The notes beneath the pieces are model-generated. The model was not told where the DNA came from. It did not search any database and saw only the letters and a list, made by a program, of their open reading frames with translations. A program made the position numbers and the translations under genes. Below, one piece after another: positions 24,296-38,904 of a stretch of 64,000 nucleotides of DNA. This DNA comes from Octopus vulgaris (lineage: Eukaryota): NCBI GenBank assembly GCA_951406725.2, contig OX597823.1, positions 12,276,001 to 12,340,000 of the forward strand, given 5' to 3'. Position 1 is the first letter of the stretch, and each line of letters opens with the position of its first letter.

Positions 24296-25227
24296 GTTGT
24301 ACGGCATTACACTATTCAGTGAGATCAGGAAATGTTGAGATCACTCAGTTGTTGACAGATTATTTTGTTCGCTACGGAGTCGCTTTAGATACTCTAAATA
24401 ACGAAGGACACACGGCTCTTGATGATGCACACGAACAAGGATACGAAGAATGTGCACACGAACAAGGATACGAGGAATGTGCGGAAATATTGACGAATGC
24501 AGTTAAAAAAAGCACTGACGAGCATCCTCTATGTAACCAGTTCGATGATTTAAATATTTCGAAAGAAGAGAGCAACAGAACTCAAGAAATGAACTCCAGT
24601 TTAACAACCTCAACTGACGAACCACCTATTGCAATATTTCAACAGAGTCCTTCAACTTCCTTAAAGCCTAAATCCATGACGGAACACAAAAAGAAGACTG
24701 AAACATTCACCGCCCCCGCTGTGACTATTCGTGTAGGGGAAAACCCTGTAACAAGCACAAAAAGTAAACGATATGCAAACATGAAGTGTATGAAATCAAT
24801 ATCAGAAAAAAACCATAAGTATTCTGGCGGCATTAAACAACGTGAGTCGGTGTACAGAATGCTAACGCCAAGAAGTATTTATGTCCTTAATCAAAGAAGA
24901 AAACCCAATGAATGGAATGTTACCAAGTTAATAATGGAAAAACATAAAGATTACCGCAATAATCCTGCTTATTTCATGATGAATATTGAAAACTTGCGAC
25001 ATTCAACATCAGACGTGAATGAAGTTAAAGAATATTCAATAATAAGAAAAAAACACAACAGTGAAAAGTGTTATCCGTTATATGAAACTAGCAGCGATTG
25101 GCGAAGAGATTTGAAGAAAATATTTTCGCATTATGAATACCATTGTTCATTATCCTACAGATCCCCAGCGTGCAAACGGGAAATACCTTTCATAGCAAAC
25201 ATAGAAATAATAATAATAATAATAATG

Positions 25228-25265
<38 letters not shown>

Positions 25266-25461
25266 CGACGTCCAAGTAATTTCTCCCGTACTTCTAATAA
25301 TAATAATAATAATAATGAAATCCCGTCGATCTTCTGTCATGTCTCAGAATGCTTCGTCTGTGAATAATGTGGCACGCACTGGGACTACGCCTAGAGAATA
25401 TTCAAGAACAATTAGCAGTGAATCTACCAGAAGTACCTCATCTTCTCATAAAGTCTTATGA
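24296..25461 (+). CDS. Terminal exon of an ankyrin-repeat protein gene (ANKRD34/63-like architecture)
   Basis: Acceptor TTCAACTATTACAG| at 24295 (phase 1); ankyrin motifs GCTALHYSVRSGNVEITQLL and NNEGHTALDDAHEQGYEECAEIL, then a long low-complexity tail to TGA. No upstream exon was found in the window. Confidence 0.8.
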
Positions 25462-26195
<734 letters not shown>

Positions 26196-27258
26196 AGAAA
26201 ATGACTGATGCAATACAATACCGGGAAGAGCTTGCGCACTCAGCAACAGAAACCAACACACAATGCTGCGTACACCTCAGCAACACCGAAGCGCAGCAGG
26301 TGATGCAGTAGGAATTTACTTGAAACTACCAAATTTTGAACAATAACAACAACAACAACAACAATAATAAAGCCTAATTTAAGCAGAAGACCAACATTTT
26401 GACGGGTACTTTATTTCCTAGAACCCGAAAAGATGAAAGGTAAGGCTGATCTCGGCGGGATTCCAATTTAGATCGTAAAGAGCTTTTAACTATGACTATT
26501 ATCCAATAAAGTTGCATGTTTCAACGAACTTGCAACGGATTGAGCTTTGTGCGTTATCGCATAGATTTGAATCTTAACACCACTATTCTCAGTTCATATG
26601 TTTCTAATGTGCTATTTGGTCCCTAAAATCTGTTTCGCCCTTTCTATAATTATATCTTTCTTTCTCTCTATGGTCTTTATTGTCTGTTTTGCCCCCCCCC
26701 CCCAATTTTTCTCCCTTCTTTGACATTCTCTGTTACTGACGTCTGTCATACCAGCAAGAGACGAACACATTATATATTCTTCACAAATATCCTTCTCGTT
26801 GATTTTTCATTTTTCATTCCTTGCTATTGATTCTAGTTTTCCTTTTTTAATTTTTCTTTCTTCCTACATCACACACTTCAACATACATTCGCACACACAT
26901 GAATACACATGCATAAACGCATAGATACATATACATACAATACATACATTATATGTGTGAGTCCATATGTGTCTATATGTGAGTATAGCTGTATACGTTC
27001 GGCAAAATATGCTTAAAATCGATGTCTCCTAATACTGTGATTTTGTTTATAACTGGTGGTAGATATATAAACAAAAGGAATTTTAAAAAATCCCCTAAAG
27101 ACGTATATCGCTGTACTATGACAGTAGTAAATCTGGAAAAAATACTTAAGCAGGATAATATTGATGCAAATAATGCACCAAGCTGTGACACAAGATATCT
27201 TGCTAGAGAAACCATTTTAGTTTGCAAAATAATATTCGTTTATGATAGCTGTAACCAT

Positions 27259-27424
27259 AGGCGCAGGAGTGGCTGTGTGGTAAGTAACTTGCTAACCAGC
27301 CACATGGTTCCGGGTTCAGTCCCACTGTGTGGCACCTTGGGCAAGTGTCTTCTGCTATAGCCCCGGGCCGACCAATGCTTTGTGAGTGGATTTGATAGAC
27401 AGAAACTGAAAGAAGCCTGTCGTA

Positions 27425-27465
<41 letters not shown>

Positions 27466-27693
27466 ATGTGTGTGTTTGTGTGTCTGTGTTTGTCCCCCTA
27501 GCATTGCTTGACAACCGATGCTGGTGTATTTACGTCCCCGTCACTTAGCGGTTCGGCAAAAGAGACCGATAGAATAAGTACTGGGCTTACAAAGAATAAG
27601 TCCCGGGGTCGATTTGCTCGAATAAAGGCGGTGCTCCAGCATGGCCGCAGTCAAATGACTGAAACAAGTAAAAGAGTAAAAGAGTAAAAGAGT
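27259..27693 (+). mobile_element. SINE family A, full length
   Basis: Same structure as 20566-20997. Confidence 0.92.
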
Positions 27694-27824
27694 ATCTAAT
27701 TGTAGTCTACATAGGCAAAAATACATTTGCGAGACCCCTACTCTAGTTTAGACAAGCCTTCCATTATCGTACGCCGTTATCGTACAAAAACATCAAAGAT
27801 AAAAAAAAAGTTTAATATACGTAT

Positions 27825-28236
27825 AGGCACAGGAGTGCCTGTGTGGTAAGTTGCTTGTTTACCAACCACATGGTTCCGGGTTCAGTCCACTGCGTGGCAC
27901 CTTGGACAAGTGTCTTCTACAATAGCTTCGGACCGACCAAAGCCTTGTGAGTGGATTTGGTAGACGGAAACTGAAAGAAGCCCGTCGTATATATGTATAT
28001 ATATGTGTGTGTGTTTGTGTGTCTGTGTTTGTCCCCCTAGCATTGCTTGACAACCGATGCTGGTGTGTTTATGTCCCTGTTATTTAGCGGTTCGGCAAAA
28101 GAGACCGATAGAATAAGTACTGGGCTTACAAAAGAATAACTCCTGGGGTCGATTTGCTCGATTAAAGGCGGTGCTCCAGCATGGCCGCAGTCAAATGACT
28201 GAAACAAGTAAAAGAGTAAAAGAGAGTAAAGAGTAA
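27825..28236 (+). mobile_element. SINE family A, full length
   Basis: Same structure as 20566-20997. Confidence 0.92.
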
Positions 28237-28454
28237 ACAAAATGAGAAGGTTCTCTGTCTTTCCTATTACTGTCTTTCATATTGTTTGGAATAAAAGTAA
28301 GTTTCCCTTAAATCGTCCCCAACATCTCTACAAGAAAGGAGATCATATTAAACAATGGAATCTCTGCCACTCAGGTGGTAGAATTAACACGTCCGTTTTA
28401 ACTTTACCGTCTGATCCTGATATGCTTTTAGCAGAGTTCTTTCTGTGATGAACA

Positions 28455-28670
28455 TTTGGTTTCAAATTTTGGCACAAGGCCAGCAAGTTTGAGGAGGGGG
28501 TAAATCAATTACATCGACCCCAGTGCGTAACTGGTACTTATCTTATCCACCCCGAAAGGAGGAAAGGCAAAGTCGACCTCGGTGGAATTTAAACTCAGAA
28601 CGTAAAGATGGACGAAAGATCACTAAGTATTTTCCTGGGGTTGTAATGATTCTACCAGTTCACCGCCTTC
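28455..28670 (-). mobile_element. SINE family C, variant 3' end
   Basis: GGCAAAGTCGACCTCGGTGGAATTTAAACTCAGAACG and the head CCAGTTCACCGCCTT on plus. Confidence 0.8.
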
Positions 28671-29637
28671 TTCTATTGCAAACAATTTGGACTCCATCAC
28701 TGGTTTAACGATACGTTCCTCCTTATCTCTTACCTGTTTTAAAAGCCGTGTGAAGCATCATAGGCTTCGCATTCTCTCATTGTTGTACGGTGTATAAAAT
28801 ATCGAGTAACGAGGTCATATAATGAGAGCTAGGAAGAATGTATACAGGAATGAATCTTTGTTTAATTGAATACAAACGGTAAAACCAGAAAGAAGACAAT
28901 GAAATTAAGAACAAGGGAAAAGTGATAATTAGTATTATGTAATTACAAACTCACCACGGGTGTTCTTGTTATTTGCCTTCACCCACAACTTGAGTAGGCA
29001 TATAAAGACATCCCAGACTTTATAAACCCGTTTTCTTTTTCTGTTTAAGCGTAGATTATCTAGACAAATGATATGGAGTTTGAAAAATAAGATCACTCGT
29101 TATAATGATCATATAACTTAGCATATGATGTGGTACAGACACTATGTCTGAAGAAAAGATGTGCCGTTGTTGTCTAGCTTTAAGCCAGCCCTGATGAAGC
29201 TAATCTATGGTCGGAAACGTTTTTGCCATGATCTTCTCTTCATTTATTCACTCACTGTGAATCAAAGAGATTTTCCTTTCATTTTTAGCGTGTCGAGCTG
29301 CTACATAAAAGCTATTTAGTAGATATAGTTAGGGTAAACGTGTAGTTGTTTTCAAACCACTATGTCGTTTGTATCCATGTGTGTTTGTGCAGTTATGTTT
29401 GTGAGAGCATGTTTGTGTATGTGTGTGCGCATGCGCGTGTGTATGTTTTCCTTTGAGGTGATCTAATACCACTTCAAGTTTACACACACACACACACACG
29501 CACACACACATATATACGCTGTTGTAGAAATGAATCAATAACCGAAGCTGAGAGTGTCTTGTTTGCATAGCACTTTATTTCGTGGCATGATAAACAACCA
29601 TTTGTAAATATTTGTAACGAAAGAACACGCACACTCA

Positions 29638-29705
<68 letters not shown>

Positions 29706-30564
29706 ACACGCGCTCGCAAACTGACACTAAAGGATTTTCACAGAGTCTAAACCTACGAACAGATGATAATTATAATTCATTTCATGTTCATTTTATGACC
29801 TTACTAAAATACTAATTCAAATACCTATGACATTGTCAAGGACTCCAAAGAAACAGGAAGGAAGGAAGGACGGAAGGAAGGAAGGAAGGAATGGAGGAAG
29901 AAACAAAAGAAAGAAAGTATCTTCAGACACGAATTCTAGTCCGAATATTGGGGTGGAATCCACAAAATACATCAAAGGGACAAATGGTTGTGTTAATCCA
30001 GGTGTCAGATTAAATCTCCGGGTAACACAAAAATGGTCATTCTGAAGGCCGTCACAAGTCTCCGTCTAACAAATTTCAATTGCAAATGATTGCTCGATCT
30101 TACACTATAGCAGATTCCCTCGTCGCAGATACTCTGTAATTGGATTGAACACGAAACCGCACGATTGCAAAGGGGATGTCTTACCTGTATAACCATATCT
30201 GAACTAAGAAACAATGCATTGTTTAAAGCTGTTATAGATGATATCTTACATAAGCAACATACATAATTGAAAGTAACTTTCACCGACAAGAACTAATTAT
30301 ACAACAATGACCAATGGATGAAGTTGATTAGTCTGGCTCTTGCTTTCTAATTGAACGTGTATTTAGGTCTTCTTCTAGTTTTAATTATTTAAAATCTTGT
30401 AAGGAACGTGGTGGCTTTTATATATCTCTCTCCTCACCTCCGGCTGGAAACTGATGAGATGTATTGCTAAATAAGTTCTACTAACATAATGACATTCAAT
30501 AAAAAAAAAAGGCACATTTGTTTCGAAATTTACCACACGTTTTAATATCAAAATTATTACTTCA

Positions 30565-30768
30565 TATCAAGTATATATATCGTTAATATATCTTCAAGAA
30601 AAACCAAATCCACTGTATCAAGTATATATATCGTTAATATATCTTCAAGAAAAACCAAATCCACTGTATCAAGTATATATATCGTTAATATATCTTCAAA
30701 AAAAATCAAATCCACTGTATCAAGTATATATATCGTTAATATATATTCAAGAAAAACCAAATCCACTG
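30565..30768. repeat. 51-bp minisatellite x4
   Basis: Unit TATCAAGTATATATATCGTTAATATATCTTCAAGAAAAACCAAATCCACTG. Confidence 0.92.
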
Positions 30769-31237
30769 CAGAAACTAATAAAAAGAGGGGTAAAACTATT
30801 ACTTTAGACATTAAAGATGATTTCATAAAAAAAGGCACAGTAAAAACACACACGTAAACACAAGAGAGATAAGTTTTAGTGAAAGAGCGTTTCAAAGACT
30901 TTTGGGCTAAATGAACGAGCATTGGGCTCAAGGCAGCGTATGAATATTAAAAGAAACCGAAGTCGGTAATTGTTGGAATGGACTTTTGAGCAATACATTG
31001 ATCTGAAGATTTCAATCAAAAGAGAATTCCAATTGATACTAATAATATTTTGATCAAAAGAAAGGAAACCGTTATCAAAGAGTGACTGTAAAATAAAAAA
31101 TGTTGGTCAGAAAATTTTCAAAACACGAACAGATATGAAATATATCAAGATAAAGAAACTACACATGTAAAAGATGCTGTAATTAAATATATTGCTTAAT
31201 TAATGAAAATAATCTAAGAAAATAATAAGGATGAGAA

Positions 31238-31271
<34 letters not shown>

Positions 31272-31281
31272 TAATGAAGAA

Positions 31282-31365
<84 letters not shown>

Positions 31366-31366
<1 letters not shown>

Positions 31367-31782
31367 GGCGTAGGAGTGGCTGTGTGGTAAGTAGCTTGCT
31401 TACCAACCACATGGTAGCGGGTTCAGTCCCACTGCTTGGCATCTTGGACAAGTGTCTTCTACTATAGCCTCGGGCCGACCAAAGCATTGTGAGTGGATTT
31501 GGTAGACGGAAACTGAAAGAAGCCTGTCGTATATATGTATATATAGATATATGTATGCGTGTGTGTTTGTGTGTATGCGTTTGTCCTCCCAGCATCGCTT
31601 GACAACCGATGCTGGTGTGTTTACGTCCCCCGTAACTTAGCGGTTCGGCAAAAGAGACCGATAGCATAAGTACCAAGCTTCCAAAGAATAAGTCCTGGGG
31701 TCGATTTGCTCGACTAAAAAGGCGGTGCTCCAGCATGGCCACAGTCAAATGACTGAAACAAGTAAAAGAGAGAGTAAAGAGT
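31366..31782 (+). mobile_element. SINE family A, full length
   Basis: Head, central microsatellite and tail present; directly follows (AAT)n. Confidence 0.92.
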
Positions 31783-32049
31783 ATGATCATAAAATTTTCA
31801 ACATTAGCAAAACTGGCATTTTCTGAAAAAGAAACAAAAATTTTAAGAAAAGAAGCAAAGCCTTGCAACCAGGTCAGACAGCATCAAATGACTGCAGCAG
31901 CGTTCTTTTACAAGGTTGCAATGTTAGGGAGACTTTGAATTAATGCAATGCTTATTTGTCGAATGATGAAGCAAACAGCTTTTTAAGTCTGCAGCATTTA
32001 ATCTCTTCCATTTTATTTAGCGATAAGATAAGCAAAAGGTATTTTTTTT

Positions 32050-32510
32050 ATCTTTAACGTGTTTCAGTTATTTGACTGCGGCCTAACTGGAGCAGCGCAT
32101 TGAAGAGTTTAGTGGGATGGAGCAATACAAGTAGATATTTTTTCTAAGCCTGATACAAATTATATCGTTCGCTTTTTGGTGTACTGCTATGTTACGGTGA
32201 CATTAATAACCCAGCACCAGTTGTCGAGCGGCGATGGGGGACAACACAGAGGCACACAGTTATATATATATATATATATATATATATTCAGATACTCATA
32301 CACGTACACATACATGCACACACATACATACAAATACGCAGGCAAACACACGCACACACTTACACACACAAAAACACTCACAAATATATTCATACATACG
32401 AGAGATTCTTTCAGTTTCCGTCTCCCAAATCCACTAACAAAGCTTTGTTTGGCCCCGGACTACAGTTGAAGAATTTTGCCCAAAATGCCACACTCGGAAC
32501 GCCTGCACCC
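32050..32510 (-). mobile_element. SINE family A, old degenerate copy
   Basis: TTTCAGTTATTTGACTGCGGCC...TTCTTTCAGTTTCCGTCT.CCAAATCCACT. Confidence 0.75.
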
Positions 32511-32519
32511 ATGAGTTAC

Positions 32520-33960
32520 ATTAAATTTGAAGATCGTTTTGCGTTGTTTAGCTCAGAACTTGAATATTATCGAACATAGAATTTAGTTTCCGAAGTTCAT
32601 TTCAACCTCGATAATGGCATTGACTCAACTTACTTTACCAAATTATTGCTTTATTCTGCACCACATAACAGAGCATCGAAGATGTACATAATAGGTATAG
32701 GAAGCTACAATGTACCAGACAATAGTAGCTTATAGTTCAAGAGTGGAGGCGCAATGGCCCAGTGGTTAGGGTAGCGGACTCGCGGTCATAGGATCGCGGT
32801 TTCGATTCCCAGACCGGGTGTTGTGAGTGTTTATTGAGCGAAAACACCTAAAGCTCCACGAGGCTCCGGCAGGGGATGGTGGTGATCCCTGCTGTACTCT
32901 TTCACCACAACTGTCTCTCACTCTTACTTCCTGTTTCTGTTGTACCTGTATTTCAAAGGGCCGGCCTTGTCACTCTCTGTGTCACGCTGAATATCCCCGA
33001 GAACTACGTTAAGGGTACACGTGTCTGTGGAGTGCTCAGCCACTTACAAGTTAATTTCACGAGCAGGCTGTTCCGTTGATTCGGATCAACCGGAACCCTC
33101 GTCGTCGTAACCGACGGTGTGCTTCCATTCCATTCCATTATAGTTCAAGGACTTCTGCACATTTAGAATTATCTCTGCAGAAGATACCTGAATGTTGGGA
33201 AAAAAGTGACACCAAAGAAACATTTTAAACTAATAACCAGTTATGAGAAGAAAGGGCTTTTTGACTGTTTGTGCTGTGGCTAGAAAACTCCTGTAAATAC
33301 ATTTATTGAAGAAATTGCCTTCATTGGAAGAGGCCTTCGTTTCGAGGATGTTAAAGTGGGAAACATTTATGAATATTTGGTTTTACGTTTAAAAGAATAA
33401 TATAATAGGAATGACGTTTAAATTGAGAACTAACAGCCATAATAAAGATGTCAATCAATGCGAAGAAAAGAAAGTATCTTGGAGAAAATGTATTTGATAG
33501 AACTTGGCAAATTATTTCTGTATATAACCGATCAAAATAACGATCATCCAAATACCTATGGAAGTGTACCCGTTCAGCGATGTATAAACGTTATTCAGAC
33601 GTCTCATTATGGAAAATATATAATGTGAAAAATAAAACAAAATTTGTTCAAATAGCAGTTAAAATACTATTCTACTACCATAAGATATCTCCCAGACAGC
33701 AATACTCTATAACTGACGCAGGTACAGAGAAAAAAAAACTAACGAATCCACCCGGCCTTGATTAACTATATACGCGTTTCGGAGTTAAAGAGATGTAAAC
33801 AGATGTATTCCCTTCCTCAGTATAGTATTTCAAGTTCTAAATTTGAGAGAACTGACAATCAACATACGTACTCGACCAAGCGCCATCGAATATCATATAT
33901 CCAAAAATCAGTAGTTCCGAATTCAAACGGATGATCTCGCATTCTTCATCAACCATTCAC
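32520..33960 (+). pseudogene. Heavily decayed Penelope-like reverse transcriptase region, interrupted by a SINE
   Basis: Broken motifs in the expected PLE RT order: QIPM(E)VYP (GIPMG position) ~33550, a KI(Y)P-like motif ~33680, ISSSEFKR ~33910. Inferred by eye. Confidence 0.45.
32744..33130 (+). mobile_element. SINE family B, full length
   Basis: Matches 23668-24052; TSD TTATAGTTCAAG. Confidence 0.92.
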
Positions 33961-34142
33961 GTGTGCCATGAGTAATTCCGTAGAAATTGCAGTTTACTAT
34001 CAGGGAGTGAATTATATTATCAATAATAATAAAGGGTAAAATTAATTAATCAATTAATAATTAATAATTTTACCAGGTATTTCGGTATATTAAAAGAACC
34101 ATTATCGGCAATCTTATACAAAAATTCTATAATATAGAATTT

Positions 34143-34381
<239 letters not shown>

Positions 34382-35134
34382 GTAGAAATATGTTACAAAA
34401 AGAAAATATAAAATACACGTGGAAATATAAGGGTAAAATATGAAGAATCAACGAAAATGCACATTGCAAATAAAAGAAAGGCTATTTATGACAGGTAACG
34501 ACAAATATATACATTTAGATTGACTGAGGTAGTAATAAGAGTCATAAAAGTCATTATTGTGAAATGATTATAAGATGATAATAAAGTAAGAAAACAAAGT
34601 GGACCATGGTTTACGCAAAGCTATTCATCGTTATATACATATTTATATATATATAGATAGATAGATAGATATATACATATTAACACACATATACAGACAC
34701 ACACATATATATATGTGTGTGTGTGTGTATATATAAGTATAAATGCATGTATATATATGTTTGTATACACACATACAGAACCCCCCCCACACACACACAC
34801 ACACAAATATAATATACGGCAGGTGTATCCGATGTGCCCCGAGTGCCGAACATACAGAAGTAGCATCTTGCATTAAAATTAAACGAATTAATTTTTAACA
34901 ATTTATGAATTGTTTTCTAATGTTATGATATTTACATACAACGCTTTATTCTAATAAAGCAATATATATACAAATATGCAAATATGCGAAATGTACAGTT
35001 TCATAGAATAAAGTTGAATGTTTCTCGGTTTCTATAAGTTCTTGAGACTGAGTTTATAAATCATGTATATTTGCAGCTAAATAAATTATTTTAACGATAT
35101 TCTGTATATTCTTTTACTCGTTCTTCTGTTCTTT

Positions 35135-35728
35135 TTCTTACTTGTTTTAGTCATTTGACTGCGGCCATGCTGGAGCACCCCCTTCAGGAGTCTTAGTCGA
35201 ACAAATTGACCCAAGGATTTATTCTATGTAAGCCTAGTACTTATTCTATCGGTGTCTTTTGCCGAACCGCTACGTTACGGAGACGTGAACATACCAACAT
35301 CGGCTATCACGCGCTGATGGTGTGCGAGGACAAATATAGACACAAACACACACACACACATATATATACTGAGGCCCCCTTCGGTCATGACTGACCATAG
35401 GATTGCACCTAGAAAGTTACCCTCCCAAGCACAAGTCCGGGCAAGGTTGTTTATGGAAGAGCAGCAGTTGCCCATGCATGCCGGCCTCCCCTCTCCACGC
35501 CACCAGTGTTTACCAAGGGAAAGGCGAAGGCCAATACAGCTTGGCACCCGTGATGTCGCAACTCATTTCTATAGTTGAGTGAACTGGAGCAACGTAAAAT
35601 AAAGTGTCTTGCTCAAGAAAACAACAAGCAGGTTCCGGTCCGGTCCGTGATTCGAACTCACAACCTGACGATCGTAAGCTCGACGCTCTAACCACTGAGC
35701 CATGCACTTTCACTATACACACACACAC

Positions 35729-35801
<73 letters not shown>

Positions 35802-35958
35802 CATATATATATACGACGGGCTTCTTACAGTTTCCCTCTACATGGCTTTGGTCGGCTTGACGCTATGGTAGAAGACACTTGCTCAAAGTGCCACGTAATG
35901 GGACTGAAACTGGAACCATGTGGTTGGGAAGCAAGCTTTTTATCACGCAGCCACGCTT

Positions 35959-35962
<4 letters not shown>
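35135..35962 (-). mobile_element. SINE family A with a second SINE (35368-35710, minus) nested in its central microsatellite
   Basis: Family A 3' half 35135-35360, then the nested SINE with head GCATGGCTCAGTGGTTAGAGCG...GAGTTCGAATC, then (TA)n, then the family A 5' half 35812-35962. Confidence 0.85.
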
Positions 35963-36032
<70 letters not shown>

Positions 36033-36761
36033 AAGTATATATACCATTTTTTGTCTTGTAATTCCATACATAAAATGAAGCAATTCTAACGGAAATGTTT
36101 TATTTAGCAAGAACGCAAGCAAGGCAACAATCCTTATTGGTTCGGTTTGAACTCTGCTGCAGAGACGACTGTTTGGCCCTACATACAAGTATACAATATA
36201 AAACTAACCAGGAGATAAACAAGGAGCTTCATAGTTGCACTCCAGCATCCACAGCATCACTGTAGTAAGACTTGTTGATGGCCACGGGGACAAAACAGTG
36301 TCACTAAAAATTGAAATCGTTTGAAATGAGAAAAGCTATAACTGATACGATAAAGGAAATGCGTGGAATAAAAATATTTTCTCCCTTGACACAATTGCTC
36401 ATAATTGGTGTCATCAATCACGTGAGTGATAAAATTCTTGACAGTCAGTCCAATATTGTGAAAGAGATAGGGTATCTAAATTTCATAAAAGAATAATGGC
36501 TGTTTATACATACAAATATAGATTTTTATTCTTATGAATATAGATATATAGTTTTATTGTTATACATATTAATACATAATTTTGTTCTTATACATATTGT
36601 TCTAAGTAATGGTACAAAAGAAATTAAAATAAAAGTGTTCGATCGAACTTTAGCTGGGAAACTTTACACGTGTCAAATTTTATTGCGAGAAACACCGGTT
36701 ACCAACTTTGTAGACGTTACTGGGCTTTACACTTATACATGCATACGTACAGATATATGTA

Positions 36762-36974
36762 CACGATGGGGTGCTGAAAAGTCCCCGGCTTGAAAGGCAT
36801 CACGAAAGCCTTGTTGAAGACCCAGCCTTCCGAGTTCTTTTACAAGCCTAGAAAAACTGAAGGACCGGGGCAATAAGTGTCTGAATCTGAAAGGGGAATA
36901 GGTTACATAAAATCGTAATTAACTGATCTTCCTGTACTTTCTTTTTCCCATAGCCAGGATCTTTTCAGCATGCC

Positions 36975-36980
<6 letters not shown>
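36762..36980. mobile_element. Mariner-derived MITE
   Basis: Imperfect TIRs GGGGTGCTGAAAAGTCCCCGGCT ... AGCCAGGATCTTTTCAGCATGCC, about 215 bp, in TA-rich flanks. Confidence 0.7.
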
Positions 36981-37021
<41 letters not shown>

Positions 37022-37134
37022 CACACATATATATATACATACATATATATATATACATACATCCATCCATAATCTATCTATCTATCTATCAATCCATCTG
37101 TGCGTGTATATATACAGAGAGAGAGAGAGAGAGT

Positions 37135-37172
<38 letters not shown>

Positions 37173-37741
37173 GACAGAAAGAGAAATGGGGAATGAGATG
37201 GGGGAAAAGTGTACGATCATGCTTTATACATTCTTGTACACACGAGCTAGGAAAACCATACGTTTCAGAAATTGTCTCGTCAGAAAAAAAATGTCGTTAT
37301 TGACAACATGTATGTAAAACAACTCATTAAGCTATGAATGCCATCATTAGTCTGTAGAACGATTAATATCTGCGTTGTTGAGCGTCGTCAGCTACAGGTA
37401 CCGAATCGTCGCTCATAACCACAGTGGATTTGTCCTTATTTTGAATTGGAAAATGGCGTCAGAAAGCAGTGTTAAATGAAATATTGTTATGCACATGGAA
37501 AGACATATGCTGCAGAAATTGCTCGAGAGAAAAACATTCTCCTAGTAAGCAATATGTGTGAACACATATTATTGGGATAATTACTCATCAAAGTAGAGAT
37601 CGCTGATTATTTAGATGGAGACATTTACAAAGGTTGCCATATCTCTTTCCAGTTCTGAAATCTTCAGATAGCCTGGAATATCTTTGGTCAATCAGGGTCG
37701 AAGTGGATATAATCAATAACAACAGCAACAAAGACATCTGT

Positions 37742-37798
<57 letters not shown>

Positions 37799-37830
37799 CA
37801 CCACCACCACTACTACTACCACCACTACCA

Positions 37831-37861
<31 letters not shown>

Positions 37862-37903
37862 AGCTACTACTATCACTACTACTACTACTACAGCTACTAC
37901 TAT

Positions 37904-37956
<53 letters not shown>
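37742..37956. repeat. (TAC)/(CAC) trinucleotide tract
   Basis: Direct reading. Confidence 0.95.
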
Positions 37957-37970
37957 AGGATGATAATTAT

Positions 37971-38515
37971 AAATGTCCTGATGCAGTACCAGGCAGTGTC
38001 GGTCATGTCTTCTCATCTTAACTGATTGGAAGTGTTATCATGTACATTGTTTGTCTTGGTATAAAAGATGGGCTTCAGCAAATATTCTGCTCAATACCAC
38101 AGATCTGCTAGTTAGTTGTTTGACCTTAACCATTTGAACATGTCCCTTAGTGGCTGACGGTATGTACCTTTCTGATCACGAGCAGAAGTAGTGGGGGATC
38201 ATCATAGCCATGCGTTGAGAGGAATTCTTTGGGGGTTTGAATAATTCACCTCTGGAAGCATGGGTGTTTCGTTCAACATCCTTAAACAACCCTTATTCAG
38301 GGACCTTTTGAGCGGGATGGGTTACTCGACCAGAAAAAAATTCTAACTGGGCCCCACCTGCAAGGTCATGTGCTGTTTATCTTGATGTGAGACCACCATA
38401 TCGCACACATATGGTTGTGATGCATGTGTCTGTTGTACCCTTGTCAGATGGGTATACTGGACTTCGTATATTTTACCCCAGTGTCATTTTGATGGCTTGC
38501 ACTGCTCTCTCACTC
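37971..38515 (+). mobile_element. ~550-bp non-coding (AAT)n-associated retroelement, copy 3
   Basis: AAATG(T)CCTGATGCAGTACCAGGCAGTG...GCACTGCTCTCTCACTC followed by (AAT)n. Confidence 0.87.
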
Positions 38516-38572
38516 ATTCAATAATAGTAATAATAATAATAATAATGATGATGATGACGATGATGATGATGG

Positions 38573-38609
<37 letters not shown>

Positions 38610-38864
38610 ACAGCACTTACGGAAAAATACTAGCTTTATCACTAGCTAAAGTACTCAGTACACAGACCCAAACGTATATTCCTTAATTCTTTGAATTCCA
38701 CAGGGCTGCACAACAAATAGAATCAATATTCCATTAAGAGAAGTACTTGAAAAGAAAATATAACAACACAGAAATGGGTTGCTTTGAAAACAGATCTCTT
38801 CGCACCAAAGGAAATAATTCGGTCAAAACACATTGAATTCGTTGCTCCCCAATAGGCTTATCCA

Positions 38865-38904
<40 letters not shown>

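Noticed and set aside
29185-29225. CTGATGA...GAAAC hammerhead look-alike
   Set aside because: Stem II and stem I do not pair; it matches a degenerate dispersed repeat end (CAGCCCTGATC.AGCAGAC-like) also seen near 3580, 48330 and 61340.
37971-38040. HDV-like ribozyme at the 5' end of the 550-bp element
   Set aside because: Only a P3/L3-like piece can be drawn; there is no GG for P1.1 and no convincing P1/P2.
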